This document shows, in pieces, positions 11,185 through 20,438 of a stretch of 64,000 bases of DNA (the first letter of the stretch is position 1; every line of letters begins with the position of its first letter). The stretch is from contig JAYPVV010000001.1 in the NCBI GenBank assembly GCA_038134805.1, positions 123,438 to 187,437 on the forward strand. The letters run 5' to 3'. The notes under the pieces were generated by a model, which did not search any database, had not been told where the DNA came from, and saw only the letters and a list, made by a program, of their open reading frames with translations. The stretch comes from Marinoscillum sp. Its GTDB lineage: Bacteria > Bacteroidota > Bacteroidia > Cytophagales > MED-G16. Made by a program: the position numbers and the translations under genes.

Positions 11185-12183
11185 TTAATCTTTAGACCAT
11201 TTAAGATAAAGCGATCCCCATGTAAAACCTCCTCCAAATGCAGCTAAAATTAAGTTATCGCCTTTTTTAAATTTTTTTTCATAATCCCACATGCATAAAG
11301 GAATTGTTGCAGCAGTAGTATTACCATATCTCTCAATATTTAATAATACTTTTTCAGGTCCAACTCCCATTCTCTTTGCTGTAGCGTCAATTATTCTCTT
11401 ATTAGCTTGATGTGGAACTAAATAAGCAATGTCATTCGAGGTTAAATTGTTTTTTTTCATAATTTCCTCAGAAATATCAGCCATATTAGTTACAGCAAAC
11501 TTAAAAACTGAAGATCCTTCTTGATAAATGTAATGCTCCCTATTTTTTATTGTTTCAGTAGAGGCTGGTTTTAAACTACCCCCTGCTTTAAGACAGAGCA
11601 TATTACCCCCAGAACCGTCACTTTTTAATAAGTAATCTTGAACACCAGTATCATCTAATGATGGTTCTAAAAGGACTGCTCCTGCTCCATCACCAAAAAG
11701 AACACAGTTTTTTCTATCAGTATAATCAACGATTGCAGACATTTTATCTGCACCTATAACAATTACTTTTTTGTGATTGCCAGCTTCTATAAATTGGGAT
11801 CCAGTGGCTAAAGCAAAAATAAAACCTGAGCATGCTGCAGAAATATCAAATCCATATGCATTAGTTGCTCCAACTTTATCGGCTATTAAGTTTGATGTTG
11901 AAGGAAATAACATGTCTGGAGTCACTGTGGCACAAATAATAAGATCTATTGTTTTTGGATCAGTATTAGTTTTTTTTAATAACTCTTTAACACATTTAAT
12001 TCCCATCACTGATGTTCCTTTATTCTCTCCTTTTAAAATTCTTCTCTCCTTAATTCCTGTTCTTGTTACTATCCATTCATCGCTAGTTTCAACTAATGTT
12101 TCTAACTCAGAATTAGTTAAGACATAATCGGGAACATAACCATGAATTCCAGTAATGGAGGCTCTGTTTTTTTTAAATAACAT
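11185..12183 (-). CDS. fabH: 3-oxoacyl-ACP synthase III
   Basis: Active-site AACSGF, HQANKRI, GNTTAATIP. Sits in the rpmF-fabH context. Confidence 0.9.
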   Translation of the reverse strand: MLFKKNRASITGIHGYVPDYVLTNSELETLVETSDEWIVTRTGIKERRILKGENKGTSVMGIKCVKELLKKTNTDPKTIDLIICATVTPDMLFPSTSNLIADKVGATNAYGFDISAACSGFIFALATGSQFIEAGNHKKVIVIGADKMSAIVDYTDRKNCVLFGDGAGAVLLEPSLDDTGVQDYLLKSDGSGGNMLCLKAGGSLKPASTETIKNREHYIYQEGSSVFKFAVTNMADISEEIMKKNNLTSNDIAYLVPHQANKRIIDATAKRMGVGPEKVLLNIERYGNTTAATIPLCMWDYEKKFKKGDNLILAAFGGGFTWGSLYLKWSKD

Positions 12184-12193
12184 AAAGAGTTTA

Positions 12194-12385
12194 TTAAGCG
12201 ACTACTTCTTTTTCTAATACTACTTTTCCTTTGTAGTATAGTTTTCCCTCATACCAGTATGCTCTGTGAGGTAAATGAGACTCCCCTGTAGTAGAGCAAA
12301 CAACAAACTTTTTAGCTGTTGCTTTGTAATGAGTCCTTCTTTTATCTCTTCTAGTTTTAGAAATCTTTCTTTTAGGATGTGCCAT
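12194..12385 (-). CDS. rpmF: 50S ribosomal protein L32
   Basis: [22 protein letters not shown]-terminus; 63 aa. Confidence 0.95.
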   Translation of the reverse strand: MAHPKRKISKTRRDKRRTHYKATAKKFVVCSTTGESHLPHRAYWYEGKLYYKGKVVLEKEVVA

Positions 12386-12391
12386 TTTTTT

Positions 12392-12898
12392 TTATTTTAA
12401 TTTATTTAATGGATCCAATCTTGGATCAATTTCATTATTTTTTTTTGTTGAAAACACAAAAGTATCAATATTATCTTCATTTTTTAAAGATGGATGTAAT
12501 CTTTTTATAGGTAGTTCTAAAATAAAGAACTCATAAATATATTTAGCTATATTGATTATCGGTTTATTTCTATCAATCATTAGGATTTCATCTGATAATT
12601 CTTCTTCAATATCTCCAAACTTAAAAAGTAGATTTTTTTGAAAATTTATTTTGTGAATATATTTTTCTAAGGTTCTATCACATATTAATTGGGTTTCTCC
12701 ATCTATAAGAAATATGGTGTTAAGCATAATATCAGATTTTACAATAACTACTTTACAAGAACCTTTTGTATTTTGAATTTCATTTTCATTAGAAAAAAAG
12801 TCAAATAAATCTTGACTAAACTCAAACATAAAAGAATGTTCGTTATTTGAAAGACTTTGAATTTTAATGTTATAATTTCTAAGAAGCTTTTTATTCAT
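12392..12898 (-). CDS. YceD/DUF177 family protein
   Basis: 168-aa acidic protein directly upstream of rpmF, the conserved yceD-rpmF arrangement. Confidence 0.65.
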   Translation of the reverse strand: MNKKLLRNYNIKIQSLSNNEHSFMFEFSQDLFDFFSNENEIQNTKGSCKVVIVKSDIMLNTIFLIDGETQLICDRTLEKYIHKINFQKNLLFKFGDIEEELSDEILMIDRNKPIINIAKYIYEFFILELPIKRLHPSLKNEDNIDTFVFSTKKNNEIDPRLDPLNKLK

Positions 12899-12925
12899 TT
12901 CTAAAAATAATTGGCAAAAATATTA

Positions 12926-13942
12926 TCATTTAATTAAATTCCTATTAGATATAATTTTTAAATTCAGTTTAATAGATTCTAAAAGAGATTTTTCATTAGC
13001 AATGCCTTTACCTGCAATATTATACCCAGTTCCATGATCAGGAGATGTTCTTACTATTGGAAGCCCTCCTGTAAAGTTTACTCCTTTTTCAAAACAAAAT
13101 GACTTAAACCCAATTAATCCTTGATCATGATACCATGATATAACTCCATCAAATTCTTTAAACATTCTTAATCCAAAAAAAGAATCCGAGGGGAAAGGAC
13201 CATATAGTATTCTTTCTTTTCTATTTAATTTATTCATTAAAGGGATTATTACTTTTATTTCTTCATTCCCTAACAATCCATTTTCACCAGCATGTGGATT
13301 TATACCTAAAATAGCAATTTTAGGATTTTTCTTTAATAAATCATATTTAAGAGTCTCTGTAAAAATTCTAATTTTCTCTTCAGCTTGTATTTTAATGGTA
13401 TTAATATTTACCCTATTTAGAGGTATGTGCCCTGAAATAAGGCCTAATGTCATTAAATTAGAATTCATTATCATAATGTTATTCTTTACATTGAATTTTG
13501 ACATAAAATATTCAGTGTGGCCAGGAAAGTTAAAATTTTTATTTTGAGAATTTATTTTGCTTATTGGAAGTGTTACTATTCCATGAATTTGATTATTAAT
13601 TAGAGCATTTGTTGATTCTTCAAGAGATATAATAGAATATCTGCCTGCACTTTTTTTTATTTTTCCAGGTTCAATATTTATATTTTTATTAAAGCATGAG
13701 AAAACATTTAAACAGTTGTCATTGAGATCTTCATTTAAATTTTTAACTTTTTTAATTATAATTTTACTTTTAAGTAATTTTTTATAATAAACCAGAATTT
13801 CTAAATTACAAAAAACTACAGGTATACATTTTTTGAAAAGATTAAAATTTGAGAAAGCCTTTAATAAAATTTCTGGCCCAATTCCATTATAATCTCCAAT
13901 ACTAAAGCCTAAAATTATCTTTTTGTTAATAGGTTTTTTCAT
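12926..13942 (-). CDS. pdxA: 4-hydroxythreonine-4-phosphate dehydrogenase
   Basis: GHTEYF and VRTSPDHGTGYNIAGKG motifs. Confidence 0.9.
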   Translation of the reverse strand: MKKPINKKIILGFSIGDYNGIGPEILLKAFSNFNLFKKCIPVVFCNLEILVYYKKLLKSKIIIKKVKNLNEDLNDNCLNVFSCFNKNINIEPGKIKKSAGRYSIISLEESTNALINNQIHGIVTLPISKINSQNKNFNFPGHTEYFMSKFNVKNNIMIMNSNLMTLGLISGHIPLNRVNINTIKIQAEEKIRIFTETLKYDLLKKNPKIAILGINPHAGENGLLGNEEIKVIIPLMNKLNRKERILYGPFPSDSFFGLRMFKEFDGVISWYHDQGLIGFKSFCFEKGVNFTGGLPIVRTSPDHGTGYNIAGKGIANEKSLLESIKLNLKIISNRNLIK

Positions 13943-13962
13943 TAATTTAAAAGGAATTAATT

Positions 13963-13970
13963 CAAATTTA
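13963..13970 (-). promoter_or_regulatory. candidate -7 box (TAAATTTG) for the pdxA..accC minus-strand gene string
   Basis: Exact TAnnTTTG on the minus strand, 20 nt upstream of the pdxA ATG. Confidence 0.4.
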
Positions 13971-13984
13971 CATTCAAAAAAAAT

Positions 13985-14749
13985 ATGGTTAAAATTCAGA
14001 CCAAAAAAAAATTAGGTCAACATTTTTTAAAGAATGATGATATTTCAAAAAAAATATTGGAAAGTCTTGAAAGTAGATTTAACGTCTTAGAAATAGGTCC
14101 AGGAATTGGCGCTCTAACTAAATATTTAGTTTATGAAGTAGAAAACTTTAAAGTAATTGAAATTGATAAAGATTGTGTTCTGGAATTAAAAAATAACTTT
14201 AAAAGTTTATATGTGATTCATGGTGATATACTTGAATTAAATTTTAAAGATCTTTTTGAAAATAAATTTTCAATTATCAGTAATCTTCCTTACAATATTT
14301 CCTCTCAGGTTTTTTTTAAAGTTTTAGATAATATAGAATTTATTACAGAGTTTACTTTTTTAATCCAAAAAGAAGTTGCGGAAAGAATTTCATCAAAACC
14401 TGGGAGAAAAACATTTGGAATTTTATCAGTTTTAACTCAAATATATTTTGATGTAAAAATATTATTTGAAGTAGATCCCGAAGAATTTATTCCTCCCCCT
14501 AAAGTTTATTCCTCTTTAATTTCTGGTAAAAGGAATTCGCGTGATAAAATAGGTGTTCCTTTCAATTATTTGAAAAGTATTGTCAAACAAGCTTTTCAAA
14601 ATAGAAGAAAAACATTGAGAAATTCTTTAAAAAATCTAAATTTACCTAAAAGCTTTACTTCAAATTCAATTTTTTCTAAAAGACCAGAACAATTAGGTGT
14701 TGATGATTACATTTGGTTGTCTACTGAAATTAAAAAAATTAAATCATGA
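13985..14749 (+). CDS. rsmA: 16S rRNA (adenine1518/1519-N6)-dimethyltransferase
   Basis: KKKLGQHFL, LEIGPGIGALT, NLPYNISS. Confidence 0.9.
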   Translation: MVKIQTKKKLGQHFLKNDDISKKILESLESRFNVLEIGPGIGALTKYLVYEVENFKVIEIDKDCVLELKNNFKSLYVIHGDILELNFKDLFENKFSIISNLPYNISSQVFFKVLDNIEFITEFTFLIQKEVAERISSKPGRKTFGILSVLTQIYFDVKILFEVDPEEFIPPPKVYSSLISGKRNSRDKIGVPFNYLKSIVKQAFQNRRKTLRNSLKNLNLPKSFTSNSIFSKRPEQLGVDDYIWLSTEIKKIKS

Positions 14750-16134
14750 AATTTTCATTAACTAATGACTTTAAAGAAAAATTAAGAGAGGAAATTATTA
14801 ATCTTAATGTTGATTTTATTAAAAATTCCTTTAAGGGAATTAGTTATATTGATATTACTGAGCTTTTATATGAATTTAATTCTCAAGAATCAAAATATGT
14901 TATTGATAATATTGATTTAGAAACTGGAGCAAAAATCATTTCTGAATTAGATGAAGATAATAGAAAAAGTTTTTTAAAAATATTTTCTGAAAAAGAAATA
15001 GCTAAATTTTTAGAGGTAATTGATTCTGATGATGGCGCTGATATTCTTTCTGAGTTAGATTTTGAAATTAGATATAATGTAATTTCTATTATAAAAGATC
15101 AAGAAAAATCTAAAAATTTAAAGGACTTATTACAATATGATGAAGATGTTGCAGGTGGACTTATGGCTATTGAATTAGTTAAGGTAAATATTAATTGGAA
15201 AATTGACAGATGTATTGACTTAATTAGAAAGCAAGCAGAGAATGTTTCAAACATTTACACAATATATGTCACAGATGATAAAGGAAAATTATTAGGTAAA
15301 GTATCTTTAAAAGATATAATCATTGCTAATAATAATTCTAAAGTAAAAGATATTTATGATGAATATATCATTTCAGTTGATGCAAAAATGAATCAGGAAG
15401 ATGTCTCTCAAATAATGCAAAAATATGATTTAACAGTACTGCCTGTAATAAATAAGAGAGGAAAATTGTTAGGAAGGATTACAATTGATGATGTCTTAGA
15501 TGTTATAACTGAATCTGCTGAGGAAGAAAGACAAATAATGTCAGGTATAACATCTGATGTTGAAGAAGATGACTCTGTATGGAAGCTATCAAATGCAAGG
15601 TTGCCTTGGCTCATAATTGGTATTGTTGGTGGTCTATTTGGTGCATTTTTTTTAGGATCATTTGAAAACAATTACTTTAAGAATAATAGTGTTTTTTTGT
15701 CTTTATCTTTTTTTATTCCATTAATTATGGCTACAGCTGGAAATGTTGGCATCCAATCTTCTTCAATAGTAATTCAAACATTATCTAATCCTAGTGCATT
15801 TGAGAACTCAGTTTCTAATAGGCTATTAAAAGTTATTCTTGTTTCTATCATTAATGGAATAGTTTTATCTACTTTAGTTTATTTGGGTTTGTTATTATTT
15901 GACTATTATGGTTATTTAGATTTTGGATTATATTCTGATACTGCTCTTATAGTTTCAGTATCTCTCTTCTCAATAGTTATTGTATCTTCTATTTTAGGTA
16001 CAGTAACTCCATTAATTTTAGATAAATTAAGTTTTAATCCTGCTTTAGCATCTGGGCCATTTATAACTACAACTAACGATTTAATTGCTTTGGCAATATA
16101 TTTTATTGTTGCTCTATTATTAGGAGGGTTTTAA
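14746..16134 (+). CDS. mgtE: magnesium transporter MgtE
   Basis: MgtE N-domain, CBS pair (VLPVINKRGKLLGRITIDDV), and C-terminal TM domain with GNVGIQSSS. ATGA overlap with rsmA. Confidence 0.9.
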   Translation: MKFSLTNDFKEKLREEIINLNVDFIKNSFKGISYIDITELLYEFNSQESKYVIDNIDLETGAKIISELDEDNRKSFLKIFSEKEIAKFLEVIDSDDGADILSELDFEIRYNVISIIKDQEKSKNLKDLLQYDEDVAGGLMAIELVKVNINWKIDRCIDLIRKQAENVSNIYTIYVTDDKGKLLGKVSLKDIIIANNNSKVKDIYDEYIISVDAKMNQEDVSQIMQKYDLTVLPVINKRGKLLGRITIDDVLDVITESAEEERQIMSGITSDVEEDDSVWKLSNARLPWLIIGIVGGLFGAFFLGSFENNYFKNNSVFLSLSFFIPLIMATAGNVGIQSSSIVIQTLSNPSAFENSVSNRLLKVILVSIINGIVLSTLVYLGLLLFDYYGYLDFGLYSDTALIVSVSLFSIVIVSSILGTVTPLILDKLSFNPALASGPFITTTNDLIALAIYFIVALLLGGF

Positions 16135-16148
16135 ATATAAAATTTTTA

Positions 16149-16156
16149 TATATTTG
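16149..16156 (+). promoter_or_regulatory. candidate -7 box (TATATTTG) upstream of greA
   Basis: Exact TAnnTTTG, 40 nt upstream of the greA ATG and just after the mgtE stop. Confidence 0.3.
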
Positions 16157-16162
16157 TTCAAT

Positions 16163-16186
16163 AAGCGGATTAAGTCCGTTTTTTTT
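16163..16186 (+). terminator. hairpin plus T-tract (mgtE terminator and/or greA leader attenuator)
   Basis: AAGCGGA-ttaag-TCCGTTT forms a 7-bp stem (3 GC, 1 GU), followed by a T run through 16186. Confidence 0.4.
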
Positions 16187-16196
16187 ATCTACAAAT

Positions 16197-16670
16197 ATGA
16201 GTAATATAAAATACTTTACTGAAGACGGATTGAAAAAACTCAAGGAAGAATTACATTTTCTAAAAACTAAAGGCAGAGCTGATATAGCTAGACAAATAGC
16301 TGATGCAAGAGATAAAGGTGATTTGTCAGAAAATGCAGAGTATGATGCTGCTAAAGAAGCTCAGGGGCTTCATGAACTTAGGATATCAAAAATTGAAGAA
16401 TCGATAAGTAATGCTCGGGTTTTAGATGAATCTGAAATTTCAACTGATAAAGTATCTATTTTATCTTGTGTAAAGATTTTAAATGTTAATTTAAATAAAG
16501 AATTTGAGTATACTATAGTTTCTGAAGAAGAGTCTAATTTACAGGAAAGTAAAATATCTGTTCAATCACCAATAGGTAAAGGATTACTAGGGAAAAAAAT
16601 AGGAGAGATTGTTTCAATTAATGTACCTTCAGGAGAAATAAAATTTAAAGTTTTAGATATATCTCTTTAG
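16197..16670 (+). CDS. greA: transcription elongation factor GreA
   Basis: GDLSENAEYDAAKE motif; 157 aa. Confidence 0.95.
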   Translation: MSNIKYFTEDGLKKLKEELHFLKTKGRADIARQIADARDKGDLSENAEYDAAKEAQGLHELRISKIEESISNARVLDESEISTDKVSILSCVKILNVNLNKEFEYTIVSEEESNLQESKISVQSPIGKGLLGKKIGEIVSINVPSGEIKFKVLDISL

Positions 16671-16671
16671 T

Positions 16672-17067
16672 ATGAAATCAATTTTTTCTAAAATCATTGA
16701 TGGAGAGATGCCGTCATATATTATAAATGATAATGAAAAATTTATATCTTTTTTAGATATTAACCCTCTAACTTTAGGCCATTGCCTTGTTGTTCCTAAA
16801 AAAGAAATCGATTACTTTTTTGATTTAGATGACGATTATTTAAAAGATATTTTGATTTTTTCTAAAAAAATATCAAAATCATTAATGAAATCCGTTGACT
16901 GTAAGAGAGTAGGAGTTTCTGTAGTTGGTTTAGAAGTTCCTCATGCGCATTTACACTTAATTCCATTTAATAAAGAAAAAGACTTGAATTTTTCTAATAA
17001 AAAAATTAGTTTGACTCATGAGGATTTTTTGAAAATTCAAAAAAAAATAATCAATAATTTAGATTAG
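16672..17067 (+). CDS. HIT-family nucleotide hydrolase/transferase
   Basis: Histidine triad HAHLHLIP. Confidence 0.85.
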   Translation: MKSIFSKIIDGEMPSYIINDNEKFISFLDINPLTLGHCLVVPKKEIDYFFDLDDDYLKDILIFSKKISKSLMKSVDCKRVGVSVVGLEVPHAHLHLIPFNKEKDLNFSNKKISLTHEDFLKIQKKIINNLD

Positions 17068-17607
17068 CTTATCTGGGTTTGAATTTAAAAACTCTTTCCA
17101 TGATTTTTTTGATTTTTTATTTGAGGACCTCTGATAATAATGACATAGAGCTGCTCCAAGAGCATCAGTTGCATCAAATTTTTCTATTTCTGTTTTTTTG
17201 ATATTTAATATTTTTTTTACCATTTCAGAAAGTTGTTCTTTAGATGAATTTCCATTTCCTGTAACTGATTGTTTTATTTTTTTTGGAGCATATTCAGATA
17301 TTTTAATATTATTTATTTCTCCTGCTATCATAGCTGCTCCCTGAGCTCTACCTAACTTAAGCATAGATTGAACATTTTTGCCAAAAAAAGGAGATTCAAT
17401 TGATATCTCATCAGGATTAAATTCTAATATTAAATTATTAACTGTATTGAAAATTATTTTCAGTTTTTTTAAATGATTCTTTTCATTAGTCATTTTAATT
17501 ACTCCATATTGTAAAATATTTAGTGACTTTTTTGATGTTTTAATTACACCAAATCCCATAAGATTGGTTCCTGGATCTAGTCCAAGAATTATACTTTCTT
17601 TATCCAT
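17059..17607 (-). CDS. ruvC: Holliday junction resolvase RuvC
   Basis: ILGLDPGTNLMGFGVI, ESPFFGKN, DATDALGAALCH. Confidence 0.9.
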   Translation of the reverse strand: MDKESIILGLDPGTNLMGFGVIKTSKKSLNILQYGVIKMTNEKNHLKKLKIIFNTVNNLILEFNPDEISIESPFFGKNVQSMLKLGRAQGAAMIAGEINNIKISEYAPKKIKQSVTGNGNSSKEQLSEMVKKILNIKKTEIEKFDATDALGAALCHYYQRSSNKKSKKSWKEFLNSNPDKLI

Positions 17608-17670
17608 TTAAAAAAAAACATATAATTTGTAATTTCGTGATATTAAAGCTATATAATTATTATTGAAATT

Positions 17671-18444
17671 ATGAATCTCTCTTTTATCGATTCACATGCT
17701 CATATCTACTCAGAGGAATATCAGTATATTCTTGATGATATCATCAAGAAATCGCTAAATGTTAATGTTTCTAAAATATTAATGCCTAATATTAATTTAA
17801 GAACTATATCCTCTATGATGAAAATATCTGAGAAGTATAAAGGAATATGTTATCATATGTTGGGTCTTCATCCCTGTTATGTAACTGAAAATTATAAAAA
17901 TGAAATCGAAGAAATATTTAAATTTTTATCATATGAAACTATAGCAGTCGGGGAGATTGGTTTAGATTTTTATAGATCAAGTGATAATAAAAATGATCAA
18001 ATAACTTCCTTTCAAATTCAATGCCAGATTGCTCTAGAAAATAACTTACCAATTGTTGTTCATACAAGAAGCTCGATTGATGAAACATTAGATTGTATTA
18101 GAAACTTTTCTAAAAAGTTAAAAGGAGTTTTTCACTGTTTTGATGGAACTTTAGATCAAGCTCATCAAATAATTGATCTTGGTTTTAAAATTGGTGTTGG
18201 TGGGATTTTGACTTTTAAGAATTCTAAAGTTAGGGAAGTTATATCTAAGATTGATTTAAATCATATTATTTTAGAGACAGATAGTCCATACCTATCTCCT
18301 GAACCAAGAAGAGGGAAAACTAATGAACCTTCAAATTTAATTTTTGTTTCAAAAAAATTATCTGAAATAACTTCGATACCAATTGATTCTATTGCAAAAA
18401 TTACTACTCAAAATGCTATAAATTTGTTTGATTTAGTAATTTAG
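17671..18444 (+). CDS. TatD-family metal-dependent hydrolase
   Basis: FIDSHAHI, GEIGLDFYR, VVHTRS, ETDSPYLSP. Confidence 0.9.
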   Translation: MNLSFIDSHAHIYSEEYQYILDDIIKKSLNVNVSKILMPNINLRTISSMMKISEKYKGICYHMLGLHPCYVTENYKNEIEEIFKFLSYETIAVGEIGLDFYRSSDNKNDQITSFQIQCQIALENNLPIVVHTRSSIDETLDCIRNFSKKLKGVFHCFDGTLDQAHQIIDLGFKIGVGGILTFKNSKVREVISKIDLNHIILETDSPYLSPEPRRGKTNEPSNLIFVSKKLSEITSIPIDSIAKITTQNAINLFDLVI

Positions 18445-18451
18445 AATATAC

Positions 18452-18540
18452 AGAGAGGTGGCCGAGTGGTTGAAGGCGCGCGCCTGGAAAGTGCGTATAC
18501 AGAGCAATTTGTATCGAGGGTTCGAATCCCTTCCTCTCTG
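18452..18540 (+). tRNA. tRNA-Ser (anticodon GGA)
   Basis: Hand-folded cloverleaf: acceptor AGAGAGG/CCTCTCT, anticodon stem CGCGC/GTGCG with loop CTGGAAA, long class-II variable arm, T-loop GGTTCGAATCC. Local GC is well above background. Confidence 0.9.
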
Positions 18541-18598
18541 CATTTTTTATTATGAAAAATTAATCTCTTTTAGATTTTTATATTAATATTAATAATTA

Positions 18599-18606
18599 TA
18601 ATTTTG
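18599..18606 (+). promoter_or_regulatory. candidate -7 box (TAATTTTG) upstream of exbB
   Basis: Exact TAnnTTTG, 32 nt upstream of the exbB ATG. Confidence 0.35.
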
Positions 18607-18638
18607 AAACACTCTATTAAAAAATAACACATTAAACT

Positions 18639-19469
18639 ATGAAAAAATTATTTACTTTTTTATTATCATTAAGTCTTCTGACTTATAACATTTCATATTC
18701 TCAAGATGAATCTGTGGATACAACTATTGTTCAAGAGGATACTTCATATGCAGAAAATGATACTACACTTGATGTGGCGTCAGATCAAGTTGTTGAAGAA
18801 GTTGTTGTTGAAGAAGTTGTTGAAGAATCTCAATCCTTTCATTATGCTATTAAGGAACAATTTATACAGGGTGGCTGGCAATTTATGGGTATAGTTCTTT
18901 TATGTTTAATACTTGGACTTGCAGTTGCTATTGAGAGAATAATTACTTTAAATTTAGCAACTACTGATACAAAAAAATTGCTTTCTGACATTGATAATGC
19001 TCTTTCCTCAAAGGATGGGGTAAACTCTGCAAAAGAAATTTGTAAAAATACTAGAGGTCCTGTTGCTTCTATTTTTGTTCAGGGGTTAATGAGAGCTTCT
19101 GAAGGAATTGAAATGGTTGAAAAGTCAATTATATCTTATGGATCTGTTGAAATGGGAAAATTAGAGAAAGGTATGGTTTGGATTTCATTATTCATTTCTC
19201 TTGCTCCTATGCTTGGATTTATGGGAACAGTAATTGGTATGATTGGCGCATTTGATGCTATTGCTGAAGCTGGAGATGTATCACCATCTCTTGTTGCTGG
19301 TGGTATAAAAATAGCTCTTCTTACTACAGTTGGTGGTTTGATTGTTGCAGTTATTCTTCAATTATTTTATAATTATCTTGTTTCAAAGATTGATTCCCTA
19401 GTTAATACTATGGAGGACGCTTCTATTTCTTTAGTTGATATTCTAGTTAAAAATAAACTTTCTAAGTAA
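18639..19469 (+). CDS. exbB: MotA/TolQ/ExbB proton-channel protein with a signal peptide and an acidic N-terminal extension
   Basis: C-terminal APMLGFMGTVIGMIGAF and TTVGGLIVA motifs. N-terminal signal peptide ending SYSQ, then an acidic stretch. Confidence 0.85.
   Translation: MKKLFTFLLSLSLLTYNISYSQDESVDTTIVQEDTSYAENDTTLDVASDQVVEEVVVEEVVEESQSFHYAIKEQFIQGGWQFMGIVLLCLILGLAVAIERIITLNLATTDTKKLLSDIDNALSSKDGVNSAKEICKNTRGPVASIFVQGLMRASEGIEMVEKSIISYGSVEMGKLEKGMVWISLFISLAPMLGFMGTVIGMIGAFDAIAEAGDVSPSLVAGGIKIALLTTVGGLIVAVILQLFYNYLVSKIDSLVNTMEDASISLVDILVKNKLSK
18789..18827 (+). repeat. in-frame tandem repeat (12/15/12 nt units of GTTGTTGAAGAA) encoding VVEE-VVVEE-VVEE
   Basis: Read directly: gttgttgaagaa gttgttgttgaagaa gttgttgaagaa, inside the exbB N-terminal extension. 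Confidence 0.85.
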
Positions 19470-19807
19470 TGGTTATTTTAGATTTAGTTGATGTTATATT
19501 ATATTTTGGATATGGCATGGTCCTAGTTGCAGCTTTGCTTGCACTTGGTTTTCCTATATGGATAGCATCTCAAAATCCAAAATCATTGATAGGAACAGGA
19601 ATTGGATTAGGCTCAATTTTAGTGTTATTTTTAGTAGCTTGGTTGATTTCTGGAAGTGAGGTTTATGCTAGTTATGTAGAGTTTGGAGTTGATGAATCCT
19701 TATCAAAATTCATTGGTGGAATGTTAAATTTAGTATATATATTATCTGGTTTAGCAATACTTGGAATAGTTTATTCAGAGGTTAGTAAAGCTCTTAAAAA
19801 TGGCTAG
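19469..19807 (+). CDS. small 3-TM membrane protein of unknown function, embedded in the exbB-exbD operon
   Basis: 112 aa with three hydrophobic helices. Its start overlaps the exbB stop (TAATG), and its stop overlaps the next start by 8 nt. Confidence 0.6.
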   Translation: MVILDLVDVILYFGYGMVLVAALLALGFPIWIASQNPKSLIGTGIGLGSILVLFLVAWLISGSEVYASYVEFGVDESLSKFIGGMLNLVYILSGLAILGIVYSEVSKALKNG

Positions 19808-20438
19808 AAAAAATAGACCAACAGCAGAGATACCTAATGGTTCGATGGCTGATATTGCTTTTTTGTTATTAATATTCTTTTTAGTAACAACTACTATAGC
19901 CAATGACAAGGGTATTGCAATGTTATTGCCACCTAAACCAGATCCAAATCAACCTCCACCCGAGGTAACTAAAAATGATAGAAATATCTTTAAAATTTTA
20001 GCTAATTCACAAGATAAATTACTAGTTGAGGATGAGCCTTTATCTGATGTTAGTGAATTAAGAGAAATGGTCAAAGTTTTTATTTTAAATTTTGGAAGCC
20101 CTGGAGAGGAAGGTGTTGCAATTTATAATAGTCTTCCAAATTCAATGAAATCATATGTGTCATTGAATGGAAGAAGGGCAGATTATTCTGATGATCCAAC
20201 TGAGGCAGTTGTTTCATTTAAAGCTGATAGAGGCACTTCATATGAATTGTATGTTCAAGTTTTAGATCAAGTTAATGCTGCATATAATGATGTTTATGGT
20301 GAAAGAGTTGGGCTTTCAGCTGCTGAGTTTTTACAGTTAGATAGGGATGATCCAGTTCAAGATAGAAAATATCAAACTGCTAGACAGGGAATTCCTAGAG
20401 CTATTTCTATTGCAGAACCTAATAAAATTGTAAACTAA
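19800..20438 (+). CDS. exbD: biopolymer transport protein ExbD/TolR (long form)
   Basis: N-terminal MADIAFLLLIFFLVTTT anchor typical of ExbD; 212 aa. Confidence 0.85.
   Translation: MARKNRPTAEIPNGSMADIAFLLLIFFLVTTTIANDKGIAMLLPPKPDPNQPPPEVTKNDRNIFKILANSQDKLLVEDEPLSDVSELREMVKVFILNFGSPGEEGVAIYNSLPNSMKSYVSLNGRRADYSDDPTEAVVSFKADRGTSYELYVQVLDQVNAAYNDVYGERVGLSAAEFLQLDRDDPVQDRKYQTARQGIPRAISIAEPNKIVN

Noticed and set aside
14700-14749. M-box (Mg2+) riboswitch upstream of mgtE
   Set aside because: The mgtE start overlaps the rsmA stop (ATGA), so there is no leader sequence.
18452-18540. tRNA-Ser (and tRNA-Lys at 42611..42683) as integration sites for a genomic island or prophage
   Set aside because: There is no integrase, no direct repeat of the tRNA 3' end, and no compositional shift or accessory genes on either side. 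The flanking genes are core housekeeping genes.
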